Source: Bacillota bacterium (lineage in GTDB: Bacteria; Bacillota; DTU025). From it: a stretch of DNA of 64,000 nt. Of this stretch, positions 41,701-49,971 are shown one piece after another. Numbering within the stretch: the stretch's first letter is position 1; each line of letters opens with the position of its first letter. The translations under genes and the position numbers were made by a program. Below the pieces are notes generated by a model, which saw nothing but the letters and a program-made list of their open reading frames with translations, ran no database searches and was not told the origin of the DNA. The stretch lies in assembly GCA_050951805.1 (NCBI GenBank), contig JBMNJT010000002.1:768001-832000 (forward strand). The letters are read 5' to 3'.

Positions 41701-43322
41701 GGGAGAATGACATCGAGTTTGATTTGCCCGATGACATAGTGCAGGGAGCTACGTCGCTATCAGTGGATATCTCTCCAGGGTACGCTGGTGTTGTGGAGTC
41801 TGCCCTCGAATTCCTGGTCAATTACCCGTATGGATGTGTTGAACAGACGATGAGTGCTTTCCTCCCCGACATATTGGCACACCGCGCTTTTGCTTGTATG
41901 GGGATCCCCATGCCAAGGACTGAGGAGGAGCTTGCCGACATGGTCAATTCCGGACTTGCGCGCCTCTACAAGTTTCAGCATTGGGATGGTGGGTACGGTT
42001 GGTGGGAGCACGACGACAGTGGCCTATGGATGACTTCATACGTGCTCTACGGCTTGGAAAGGGCGAGGCGGAGCGGGTTCTGTGTAAGTGAAGAGGCAAT
42101 GGCAAGAGCCGCCGATTACCTGAGGGAAGCAGTATGGGATGAGAAGAGCGATACGAACCGCGCATTTGCCTGTTACGTCCTGGCGGAGCAAGGCGCCTTG
42201 GGCGCAAAGGGCATGAAGGCCCTTGAACAGCTTGCCGCGAAACTCCCGGCGTACCCCAATGTGGAGCATGGAAGGCGGGTTGCAGCTGAATCGCAATCGC
42301 TGAAACCATTGACTGTTGCATATGTAACACTGGCGGCGTCGGCTGCAGGACGCGACGACATGGCATCGGCAGGCGCGGAGACTCTGAGGAATATGGCGAC
42401 TGTGATTTCAGGGCAGGCGTTTTGGGAGACTGAGGATAAGGAAAATTGGTGGAGGAATGAAACTGGCGAGACCACTGCATGGGCCATGATGGCTTTGCTC
42501 GAGGCTGAACCTTCCAGTCCGCTTCTATCGCAGGCTGCCCGACATCTTGCTATGACAAGAGACGGGTCACAGTGGAGATCAACGCGGGAATCCGCTGCAG
42601 CAATCATGGCGTTGGTAGAGTACATGACCGCTATGGAGGAGGATGTCAGACAGCGAAGGCAAGTGACGGTGGAGGTCAACGGGCGGCGTATTGCCAAGGA
42701 ATACTTGGGAGGAGATTCAGGCTACGAGGCCGCAAACTTGTGTGTCAAGATCGACCCCGAATTTCTAATAGTCGGGAGAAACTCGGTCAAGATATCGGCC
42801 GAGGGAGGTCCTGTTTACTACAGCATTAACGCATCATGGCATGAAGCCCGTGATCGCATTGAGGCGGCAGGAGAGTGCGCAGACATTGTCCGCACATATT
42901 TTGTCATAGACAGAAATGCCGAGGCCCCGGAGGGCGAAGAATATGCGCTGATTCCTGTGGATGAGGATACTCCTGTCATGTGCGGACAGGAGCTCCTTGT
43001 GAGGGTCGCCATTGATGCCAAGCGCGACATGGATTACATGATTTTCGAGGATCCTGTTCCGTCTGGGTTCGAGATATCCGAAGGCTTTACTGATCCATGG
43101 TCTTGGAATTACTGGTATGATAGGCGAGAAGTTAGGGACGATAGAATGGTTTTCTTTGCAACATGGATCAAAGCGGGCGAAAGCATGGTGTTTGACTATA
43201 TTCTCAGACCTGAGCGACTGGGACGCTACATGGTGATGCCTACTCGAGCCTGGTCAATGTACTATCCTGGATTAAGAGCGAATGGGGCGAGCAGGGTGAT
43301 CGAGGTGGCTGATGGGGAATGA
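38763..43322 (+). CDS. Bacterial alpha-2-macroglobulin with intact thioester motif
   Basis: Signal peptide; YTDRPVYRP, FQVAEYRKPE, RKYFPDTAAWFP, PDSLTTWR, YPYGCVEQTMS, FQHWDGGYGWW, MYYPG. Confidence 0.93.
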   Translation: MRCLGRSARVSHAIVLAALLALFMAPAAMSAREPQVWLFATARNYLPENEPELGIRGYGVKELWLDIYKFDGFRHFKNGDWSALWNVNYKDLPGREKVRSVRVDIARPGGTLDAAVKLKPLPPGQYVAVARSGQLKTEEAAWFAVSELGLISKQYSRGLVIYAVNLRTGEPMPNVSVYAKLSSMSGSDASERFDQETVESGEKGDIGGAAVVSVGSVSVPGEVYGMTDNRGLFTIDLADSADSAFVVAAKGDDFAVLNSSYWWDARTQKVYVYTDRPVYRPNNVVYFKGIARGITNSGYEVLARRPVRVEVRDPRNNVVYKQDLLTNDWGSFSGEFKLGAEPPLGHYWICAIVDGEQHEGSFQVAEYRKPEWVVEIEFDKEMYIAGDRLDATCKALYYFGAPVRNARVAYRVYRQPMGFFGPTAEDSGYDYDQYGGVDDMVGLYYGDFVLSGETRTDSDGLARISFESPAADGHNYRYIVEADVIDATNKRAYGRGYTDVARGTIDVDVSTDRYVVREGDKFEVYAKAVDLDGNGVVRDIDIIVLKRSYSKKGYTDTPVHSTRITTAASGDGFIELEAGKPGDYVIQAKSEDERGNAIIAETYIWTTPDNGSWADMFRTDLGIVCDRGRYDVGDVAKVLITAPPEVSSVLLTVEDREVRDVRVIRLENGSAEVELAIKPEYAPNTYVSVVAIVSGVMQTAARQIVIPVPERLLNVEIKPNKDSYRPGETATYLIVTENSDGDGVPAEISFGLVDESIYAVRPDTTPAIDKFFHGRRERTVSTENSFPVTYYGGAEKEGGTEATRKYFPDTAAWFPSVVTDSNGHAVVRVKMPDSLTTWRATVRAHTRSTIVGQAQEKVTVSKPLSIRLGIPRHYTMGDCGRVTGVIHNETKWQRIVFVNLNASGAKIVGCSWQWVKVPASGEAVVEWEVEPETVGDVVFKANAWSWFVGDKLALSVPVLPFGEKCDEVWAGEVRPDGGRGENDIEFDLPDDIVQGATSLSVDISPGYAGVVESALEFLVNYPYGCVEQTMSAFLPDILAHRAFACMGIPMPRTEEELADMVNSGLARLYKFQHWDGGYGWWEHDDSGLWMTSYVLYGLERARRSGFCVSEEAMARAADYLREAVWDEKSDTNRAFACYVLAEQGALGAKGMKALEQLAAKLPAYPNVEHGRRVAAESQSLKPLTVAYVTLAASAAGRDDMASAGAETLRNMATVISGQAFWETEDKENWWRNETGETTAWAMMALLEAEPSSPLLSQAARHLAMTRDGSQWRSTRESAAAIMALVEYMTAMEEDVRQRRQVTVEVNGRRIAKEYLGGDSGYEAANLCVKIDPEFLIVGRNSVKISAEGGPVYYSINASWHEARDRIEAAGECADIVRTYFVIDRNAEAPEGEEYALIPVDEDTPVMCGQELLVRVAIDAKRDMDYMIFEDPVPSGFEISEGFTDPWSWNYWYDRREVRDDRMVFFATWIKAGESMVFDYILRPERLGRYMVMPTRAWSMYYPGLRANGASRVIEVADGE

Positions 43323-44128
43323 GGCGTCAGTGGGTGGCCGTATCTATAGCTGTAGGTGTCATAGCTGCATCTGTTCTTCTCTGTGCATCCGGGGGCCGTG
43401 CGCCATCTGAGACCACGCCTGTCAATAAAGCAACCGGGCACGTGCTGGGACGCTGTATCACGCTGCTCAACGCCGATGAGAAGGAGAGAAACGCCAACGT
43501 GGCCCTTGGCGCAAGGAAGCTCGATGGAACGGTTATTGATGCCGGAACGGAATTTTCCTTCAACGCGTCCATAGGGGAGCGCGGCGTCGAACAGGGGTAC
43601 AAACCTGCCAGGGTTATTGTAGATGGCAAGAATGAGTCAGGCATTGCAGGAGGCATATGCCAGCTATCATCTACGCTGTATAATGCCGTGTTGCTGTCGG
43701 GCATGGAGGTAACCGAGCGACATGCTCATTCGCGGCCTGTGCCGTATCTTCCTGCAGGGCTTGATGCGACGGTGTCGTATGGTGCGCGGGATTTGAAATG
43801 GGTCAACACCAGCGGTTCGCCAGTGACAATTAGAGCCGAGGCAAGTGGGGACCGCTTGGAGGTCTGGCTGGAGGGCGAAGGGCCAGCGCCAGATATAAGG
43901 CTGTTTACCGAGGTTGTTGAGACAATACCCTCGAGGCCGATGTCGCCTCCGGATGCCACAGGAAGATCTGTAGCCCCGCCGCGCCCAGGAGCGTCAGACA
44001 AGATAAGACGTGGGGTTGAGGGATACCGGGTGAGGGTATGGGCCGAAATGCCCACGCCCGGAGGGGGGCGCGTGCGCGAACTCGTTTCTGAAGACCTATA
44101 TGAGCCGGTCCATGCTATTGTCGACTAG
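43319..44128 (+). CDS. VanW-family protein
   Basis: R..NV.L.A..LDG, FSFN, GGICQLSSTLYNA, ERHAHS, GLDATVSYG; N-terminal TM; 4-nt overlap with A2M. Confidence 0.88.
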   Translation: MRRQWVAVSIAVGVIAASVLLCASGGRAPSETTPVNKATGHVLGRCITLLNADEKERNANVALGARKLDGTVIDAGTEFSFNASIGERGVEQGYKPARVIVDGKNESGIAGGICQLSSTLYNAVLLSGMEVTERHAHSRPVPYLPAGLDATVSYGARDLKWVNTSGSPVTIRAEASGDRLEVWLEGEGPAPDIRLFTEVVETIPSRPMSPPDATGRSVAPPRPGASDKIRRGVEGYRVRVWAEMPTPGGGRVRELVSEDLYEPVHAIVD

Positions 44129-44150
44129 TGTCGAATTGATGATGCGCACA

Positions 44151-45038
44151 TCAAAGCGCACCCTCCTCAGTCGGCTCTCCGCAGCTTTTGCTGTCTTCGT
44201 GACCGAGCAGACCTCTGCGCGCCAGTGATTCAATGACTACCGCTACACCGTCTTCGTCATTTGTGGGGGCGACAAGGTCTGCAAGCTCCTTCAATTCGTC
44301 CGGAGAATTGCCCATAGCAACCCCAAGGCCTGCATGCGCTATTAGTTCTTCATCGTTCAGAGAATCCCCGAAAGCTATTGTTTCGGACGGCCTGATGTGC
44401 CACATATCAGCCAAGAAGCTAACCCCCATCCATTTATGTACCCCGGCGGCGAACACATCCACTACGCGAAAGCCGTCCTCCAAAACCCCGTAGTCGAAAA
44501 ACGAGACCTGATTCGAAAAACCAGCATCTATCTTGTCCAGAAACCTGTCCACGGCGTCGATGTTGCCCTGGATGCACAACTGGACAGGATCTGATGTGCA
44601 AGCCTCGTCATAGGTGGCAACCTCACGGCATTCTGGCAGCGTGCGGGGCCAGAGCGGCTGGGCGCAGTCAGAGATCGCAAATGGCGTTACGTAAAGCGCC
44701 CGTCCCTTATACACGCTTTCAAAGACAGTGACATCAACTCCGCAATTTTCTGCTATATGACACACGTGCAGCGCTGTATCGCGTGGAATCTGCTGTGCCA
44801 TTAGAATACTCTCGGAGCCGGGTTGCAACACAACAGCTCCGCAGTGGACCACGGCAGGATGCACCATTCTGAACGCGTCGATTACTGGCATGGCGGATAT
44901 TATCCTTCTGCCAGTGGCTATCGATACCTTTGCCCCGCACGCCTGGGCAAGGCGGATGGCCTTGATCGTTCTTGGACTGGTGCTGCCATCACTTCGAAGG
45001 AGCGTTCCGTCTATGTCGCAAGCTATGAGTTTGTACAC
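44151..45038 (-). CDS. Cof-type HAD-IIB hydrolase
   Basis: LIACDIDGTLL, ATGR, AFGDSLND, GVAMGNS, TNDEDGVA; GTG after GGAGG. Confidence 0.9.
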   Translation of the reverse strand: MYKLIACDIDGTLLRSDGSTSPRTIKAIRLAQACGAKVSIATGRRIISAMPVIDAFRMVHPAVVHCGAVVLQPGSESILMAQQIPRDTALHVCHIAENCGVDVTVFESVYKGRALYVTPFAISDCAQPLWPRTLPECREVATYDEACTSDPVQLCIQGNIDAVDRFLDKIDAGFSNQVSFFDYGVLEDGFRVVDVFAAGVHKWMGVSFLADMWHIRPSETIAFGDSLNDEELIAHAGLGVAMGNSPDELKELADLVAPTNDEDGVAVVIESLARRGLLGHEDSKSCGEPTEEGAL

Positions 45039-45777
45039 TGGGCGCTCATCCTCCGTTGAGTTCATTCTACTTGAAGACTGTTCACCTAAGATTATTGCAG
45101 TGCCGATTACGCCGAGGACAGGAACGAATAGTCGTCGGAGCGCAAACAGGCAAAGCACTTATGCCAAGAATGAACAGGCAATGCCGAGATAGGCCGAGGT
45201 TGAGAGCTATCTGTGGCCTAGCTACGACGGATTTGGGCGGCGGGCCGTCGGGAACGACAAAACATGCCATGACTATCGTCGCTAGGCCTGCCTGGCAAGC
45301 ATTTGTTGCCAATGTGCCGTAGGGGTCCGTTGAGGACTGTATACATCGTCCATGCCAAAGAAGAGGTGAGTGGGATTGGAACGTTGCGAAGACAATGGGC
45401 GTCTCATACGCCCTGGCCTACACTTCCTGCGACGACAACCCAGCCCCTTGCTGCGGATAGAAGTATACCTGCCAAGCGAGAAAATGGCAAGAGGCCGTTA
45501 TCGTCCAGCCCAACGCTGCGGGAATGTAAAGCCCGGCAGTGTTCTCACGATACAAGTCGGTCGGTATTTCGGTAAAGGGGCGATTCGGTCTAATAGGGCC
45601 TTGGTGCTCACAGAGGCAGCTAAAATGCTAGTCTTTACCGCCCGGGGCGACACCTCAATTATATTTCATGGTTGTTTCGGAATTGAAGGGATTTGGCTTG
45701 CGGAGTCGAATTCAAATCCGAAGTTATCGGAGTGTTGCAACGGCGGCAATGGTCCGATGTTCTTGGGGGGTATTCGG

Positions 45778-46425
45778 GTGTCTGATGACAGAAAGACGCG
45801 ATTGGCTAAAGCAGAAGGGCGCATGCGCCTATTGCCTGGAGTCACCCGAGTGCGGATTCTTGAGTTGGCGGATGGAGATGAGATCCATGTAATGGTTGAG
45901 GGCTGTTATGACCAGGATGAGATCAAAAGGCTCAAGAAGGATATTGAGACCGTCTACTTGCTGGAAACTGGCGAGAGCATTGATTATCGTAGAATCAGCA
46001 TAGCACAGATCAGGGAGAAACATCCGGATGACCACGCCGGTTCCAACGGCAGGCCCGTTCTCAGCAGGATCTCCGTCGAATATGGGCAGGGAGGCGCAGT
46101 AGTTGCCTATGTGGACATAGAGTTTGGCGGAGAGTGTTACTCAGGTTCGGCGAATGGGAGAACGATTGAAGAACCGCTGAGTAATATAGTCAAGCGCGCC
46201 ACGTTGAAGTCCATTGAAAAGTTGTTGGGCGAAAAATATGCGTTGCAGGCCGATTGTGAGATAGCAGATGGAAGGGTGATTTCCGAGATTACTCTCATAG
46301 ATAGCAGCTCCGGGCAACGCCAAAGGTATTTGGGGGCTGCCTACAAGAGGGATGACATTTCCACGGCGGTTGCCAGATCTATTCTTCAGGCTTTAAACCG
46401 CCAATTTGAGCTCCTAGTAGACTGA
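45778..46425 (+). CDS. Hypothetical cytoplasmic protein of about 215 aa
   Basis: GTG after GGGGGG; motif EIHVMV...KKDIETVYLLETGESIDYRRISIAQI; C-terminal GAAY..DDISTAVARSILQALNR. Confidence 0.7.
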   Translation: MSDDRKTRLAKAEGRMRLLPGVTRVRILELADGDEIHVMVEGCYDQDEIKRLKKDIETVYLLETGESIDYRRISIAQIREKHPDDHAGSNGRPVLSRISVEYGQGGAVVAYVDIEFGGECYSGSANGRTIEEPLSNIVKRATLKSIEKLLGEKYALQADCEIADGRVISEITLIDSSSGQRQRYLGAAYKRDDISTAVARSILQALNRQFELLVD

Positions 46426-46514
46426 GCAGAAGAATTACCCGTCGCGGCGCGAGATGAGAGTGAGAGATGAGCTGAGCCTCCCAGGTTAATTACGACCGAT
46501 GGGTGGTGAAGCGA

Positions 46515-46607
46515 GTGAAGAAATTTGCTCTGTCGGCATTGATAGCTACAGCCATGACGCTGCTGATGTCAGTCATGGCTTTTGCTGACACATTTCTGAT
46601 GAAGTAA
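46515..46607 (+). CDS. 30-aa secreted peptide precursor, putative signalling peptide (absent from the ORF track)
   Basis: RBS GGGTGGTG, GTG start: MKKFALSALIATAMTLLMSVMAFA-DTFLMK*; basic N-terminus, hydrophobic core, A-F-A cleavage site. Confidence 0.65.
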   Translation: MKKFALSALIATAMTLLMSVMAFADTFLMK

Positions 46608-46634
46608 CAAGATAGGCGCCGTTAAAACTTCGCC

Positions 46635-46676
46635 AAGCGCCGCCAATAGCGGCTTGCCGCGGCGGGCCTTTTGTTT
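46635..46676 (+). terminator. Terminator-like hairpin between the peptide and HD-GYP genes
   Basis: CGCCGC...GCGGCG stem (alternative GCCGC-CAATA-GCGGC) followed by GGCCTTTTGTTT. Confidence 0.45.
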
Positions 46677-46714
46677 GATGGGGATGGTGTGATTGCGATC
46701 AAAGCATCGGGGAC

Positions 46715-47986
46715 ATGGCGGGAGTGATAGGATTGCCTCGGGACAGGCACGTTTTGCATGATGTTTATGTGTGGTCGCTTGTAGCTCTCTCAGTTGTGCT
46801 AGTAGGACGCTTTATTGAATGGGATATGCCGCTCGGATCAGCGCTGGCGTTTATCGGATTGCTTTGGGCATCATCGCTGTCTGTCATAAACCTGAGAAAC
46901 ACCGTGGTCTTGATGCTCCTTCCCATAATGATGACGCCTGTTGTCAAATACAACCCTGGGGCCACTGCAGTTATTGCAGCCATTGGGAGTGTGAGCATCC
47001 AGGAGATCCGGATCTTGAGGGAAAACAATTCGCCGTATCTTTTCATCCTCAAGGTTTTGGGGAACCGGGCAAGCATCATGCTGTGTGCCCTATTGTCCGG
47101 ATTGGTATTCCATTCGCTTTGGCCCGCAGCCACTGTGGATTTTGGAGATGTCAGATTCCTGGCAGCGTTTGCAATTGCTGGTCTATCATGGGTGATGTTG
47201 TCAGGAGTCATAATCAACTTCCAGATCCTGCTCTCGGAGCCCAAGTTCGAGGCGAAGATCGATCCTGCCGTGATCATCGGCTCATCGCGCTCGCTGGTGC
47301 CGTCTGTGATCATGGGATTGATGGCAATGGCCATGTACGAGTATGGGGGCCTTATTCTATTTACCTTAGCTCAACTCTTTTTTATCTCGAACAAGAACTA
47401 CACACAGCGAGCCCTTGTAGATAAGGAAAATGCTGAACAGATCAACTTGGCCCTGGCAAGAATCATCGATTCCAAAGATCACTATACCGGAGGCCATTCT
47501 GAACGTGTGGCGATATTAGCCCGTCAGCTTGCAGAGGCATGTAGACTTCCCGGAGCAGATGTGGACAGAATAGAGTATATCGCCAGGCTTCACGATGTGG
47601 GCAAGGTTAACCTCCCCGATGAAATACTCTCGAAACCCGGCCGGCTTACTGGCGAGGAATATGACGCGGTAAAGAGGCACCCAGAATGGGGGGCTGAGCT
47701 GATTCGAGGCATGGAAAGGATATACAGTGATCGCGATTACAGAGCTATTCTTGAGCATCACGAGAGATATGATGGCGCCGGATATCCCTATGGCAAGAAA
47801 GGCGAGGAGATATCGCTTTGGGGGCGCATCCTGGCGATATGTGATGCTTATGATGCAATGACGAGCGAGCGCGTTTATAGAGAGGCGCTTCCTGTCGAAG
47901 CAGCCAGGTTCGAGCTTAAGCGGAATTCAGGAACTCAGTTCGATCCTGAGTTGGTAGATCTGTTTCTGTCAAACGTTCAGGAGTGA
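46715..47986 (+). CDS. Multi-pass membrane HD-GYP cyclic-dinucleotide phosphodiesterase
   Basis: About 6-7 N-terminal TM helices; KDHYTGGHSERV, LHDVGK, HPEWG, HHERYDGAGYP, DAYDAMTSERVYR, GTQFDP. Confidence 0.9.
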   Translation: MAGVIGLPRDRHVLHDVYVWSLVALSVVLVGRFIEWDMPLGSALAFIGLLWASSLSVINLRNTVVLMLLPIMMTPVVKYNPGATAVIAAIGSVSIQEIRILRENNSPYLFILKVLGNRASIMLCALLSGLVFHSLWPAATVDFGDVRFLAAFAIAGLSWVMLSGVIINFQILLSEPKFEAKIDPAVIIGSSRSLVPSVIMGLMAMAMYEYGGLILFTLAQLFFISNKNYTQRALVDKENAEQINLALARIIDSKDHYTGGHSERVAILARQLAEACRLPGADVDRIEYIARLHDVGKVNLPDEILSKPGRLTGEEYDAVKRHPEWGAELIRGMERIYSDRDYRAILEHHERYDGAGYPYGKKGEEISLWGRILAICDAYDAMTSERVYREALPVEAARFELKRNSGTQFDPELVDLFLSNVQE

Positions 47987-47990
47987 TGAA

Positions 47991-49634
47991 ATGGAACGCA
48001 GCATGATATTTGGCATTATAGGCGGTTTGGGCTTGTTCCTGTACGGTATGAATCTGGCTGGAGATGGCCTCAGGCGCGCTGCTGGTGACAGAATGCGCAA
48101 CATATTGGAGGTTTTAACCTCTACTCCCTTGAAGGGAGTCCTGGTTGGTATGCTTGTGACGGCCGTCATGCAAAGCAGCAGCGCGACTACTGTCATGCTT
48201 GTGAGCTTCGTGAATGCAGGGTTGATGACGTTGCGGCAGGCGCTTGGAGTCATTATGGGTGCGAATATAGGAACGACTATCACAGCACAGCTAATCGCGT
48301 TTAACTTGGCTGATTACGCTTTACCCGCAATCGGCATCGGTTTCTTGATCCATATGGTGGCTCGTCGCAAGGTCTGGAAAAGTGTAGGCCAAATAGTGTT
48401 GGGCTTTGGGATCTTGTTTCTCGGGCTTTCACTGATGTCGACGTCTGTTATACCACTCCAAGATAGTCCGGCTTTTGGTAAGGCGATGAGAACCTTTGGC
48501 ACGAATCCGGTCTTAGGTGTCGTGATAGGGCTTGTGACTACTTTAGTGGTGCAAAGTAGTGCGGCTACCATAGGTATGCTGATGGCGTTGGCCATCTCAT
48601 CGCCGGACCTTGTTACTCTTGAGGTGGCAATCCCCATTCTTTTGGGCGACAATATAGGCACTTGCATAACTGCGATTCTTTCGGGGATAGGCGCCAGTGT
48701 GACTGCCAGGCGCACCGCCATGGCTCACTTGATGTTCAATGTTTTCGGAGCGCTCATATTCCTGCCATTCATAGGCCCGTTTAAGTGGGTTGTAGAGGCG
48801 TTCACCCGGTCAGGTGATATTCAGCGGCAGATCGCCAATGCTCATACCCTGTTCAACGTTGCAAACACAGTCATTTGGCTTCCCGCGACCGGTTTCTTGG
48901 AGCGGGTGGTTTCATGGCTTGTACCCGGAGAGGACACGGTAGTGGAGATCGGACCGAAGTATCTCGACCGCAGGATGCTTGGTACGCCTCCGATTGCGCT
49001 GGATCTTGCCGTTGCGGAGACTGTTAGGATGGGCGAGATTGTCCAGGAAATGCTCGACTATTCCCGAAAGGCCCTGACCCAGGGCTATACATCGCAACTC
49101 GATTCGGACCTCGAGTCCCGCGAGCAGCTCATTGACGACCTCAACAGAGAGGTCGTGCTATACCTATCCATGGTGGCCCAGTCATCCCTTAACGAGGCGG
49201 AATCTCGTCGATTGGCAGGTTTGATGCATGCGGTCGGCGACGTTGAGCGGATTGGTGATGTTGCGGAGCAACTCATGTTCTACGCACGCGAGAAATTCGA
49301 CCAGGGGCTGACATTTTCCGAAACTGCGATGAAGGAACTGGAGGGCGTATTCGATCTGGCTGAACAAATGCTTGCCAGGGGTGTAGTGGCCCTGCGCGAC
49401 AATGATATGGAAGCCGTTGAAGATGTTTACAATATCCATAAGAAGCTGGACGAGACCACGAACATGCTCAGGGCCAACCATATAGGCCGTCTCAATGAGG
49501 GCAAATGTGTTCCCGGCTCTGGTGTGATCTTTGTGGAGCTGATGAACAGCCTTGAGAGGATGGGCGATCTATCCGTCAATCTGGCCGACGCGGTCTCCGG
49601 CAAGAAGAGTCCGCGTGTGGAGCCAAGATCTTGA
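47991..49634 (+). CDS. Na+/Pi cotransporter with PhoU domains
   Basis: QSSSAT repeats, GANIGTT, GDNIGT, ANAHTLFN, C-terminal PhoU-like ERIGD/ERMGD. Confidence 0.93.
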   Translation: MERSMIFGIIGGLGLFLYGMNLAGDGLRRAAGDRMRNILEVLTSTPLKGVLVGMLVTAVMQSSSATTVMLVSFVNAGLMTLRQALGVIMGANIGTTITAQLIAFNLADYALPAIGIGFLIHMVARRKVWKSVGQIVLGFGILFLGLSLMSTSVIPLQDSPAFGKAMRTFGTNPVLGVVIGLVTTLVVQSSAATIGMLMALAISSPDLVTLEVAIPILLGDNIGTCITAILSGIGASVTARRTAMAHLMFNVFGALIFLPFIGPFKWVVEAFTRSGDIQRQIANAHTLFNVANTVIWLPATGFLERVVSWLVPGEDTVVEIGPKYLDRRMLGTPPIALDLAVAETVRMGEIVQEMLDYSRKALTQGYTSQLDSDLESREQLIDDLNREVVLYLSMVAQSSLNEAESRRLAGLMHAVGDVERIGDVAEQLMFYAREKFDQGLTFSETAMKELEGVFDLAEQMLARGVVALRDNDMEAVEDVYNIHKKLDETTNMLRANHIGRLNEGKCVPGSGVIFVELMNSLERMGDLSVNLADAVSGKKSPRVEPRS

Positions 49635-49971
49635 TCAGGATGGAAGGTGCATGCAGAATACAATGAAGCCCCGTGGAAGCACACTTTGCTACTTCGATGT
49701 TCATCGGCAATCTGCTGCAAGCGATTTATTCCACTGTCGACAGTATGGGGCGGGGCGTTCTCCATTAGTGGGCCGAGAGATCTCGCGTTGATAGCGATGG
49801 CTTTGGGCTTTAAGCGATGGTCGCAACCACCCCCATCTCCCTGCATTGGGGGCTAGGGCAGTATCAGCAGGCAGCAGAGGCAGTCGCCAACCCGGTTCTT
49901 ACTGAGCTCGGGTGGAACGGGCACTCTGGCACTGGCGGATTCAAAGTATGTCGAAATCGGGAGATGATTGA

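Noticed and set aside
45370-45777. N-terminal extension giving the 351-aa ORF
   Set aside because: Reads as non-protein-like and spans the divergent promoter region; a better RBS and start exist at 45778
45300-45777. c-di-GMP riboswitch upstream of the HD-GYP module
   Set aside because: No GEMM-I (GGCAAA...GAAA...GCAAAGC) or class II core found by eye
49635-49971. Small ORFs between the Na/Pi transporter and pepF
   Set aside because: No recognisable motifs or convincing RBS
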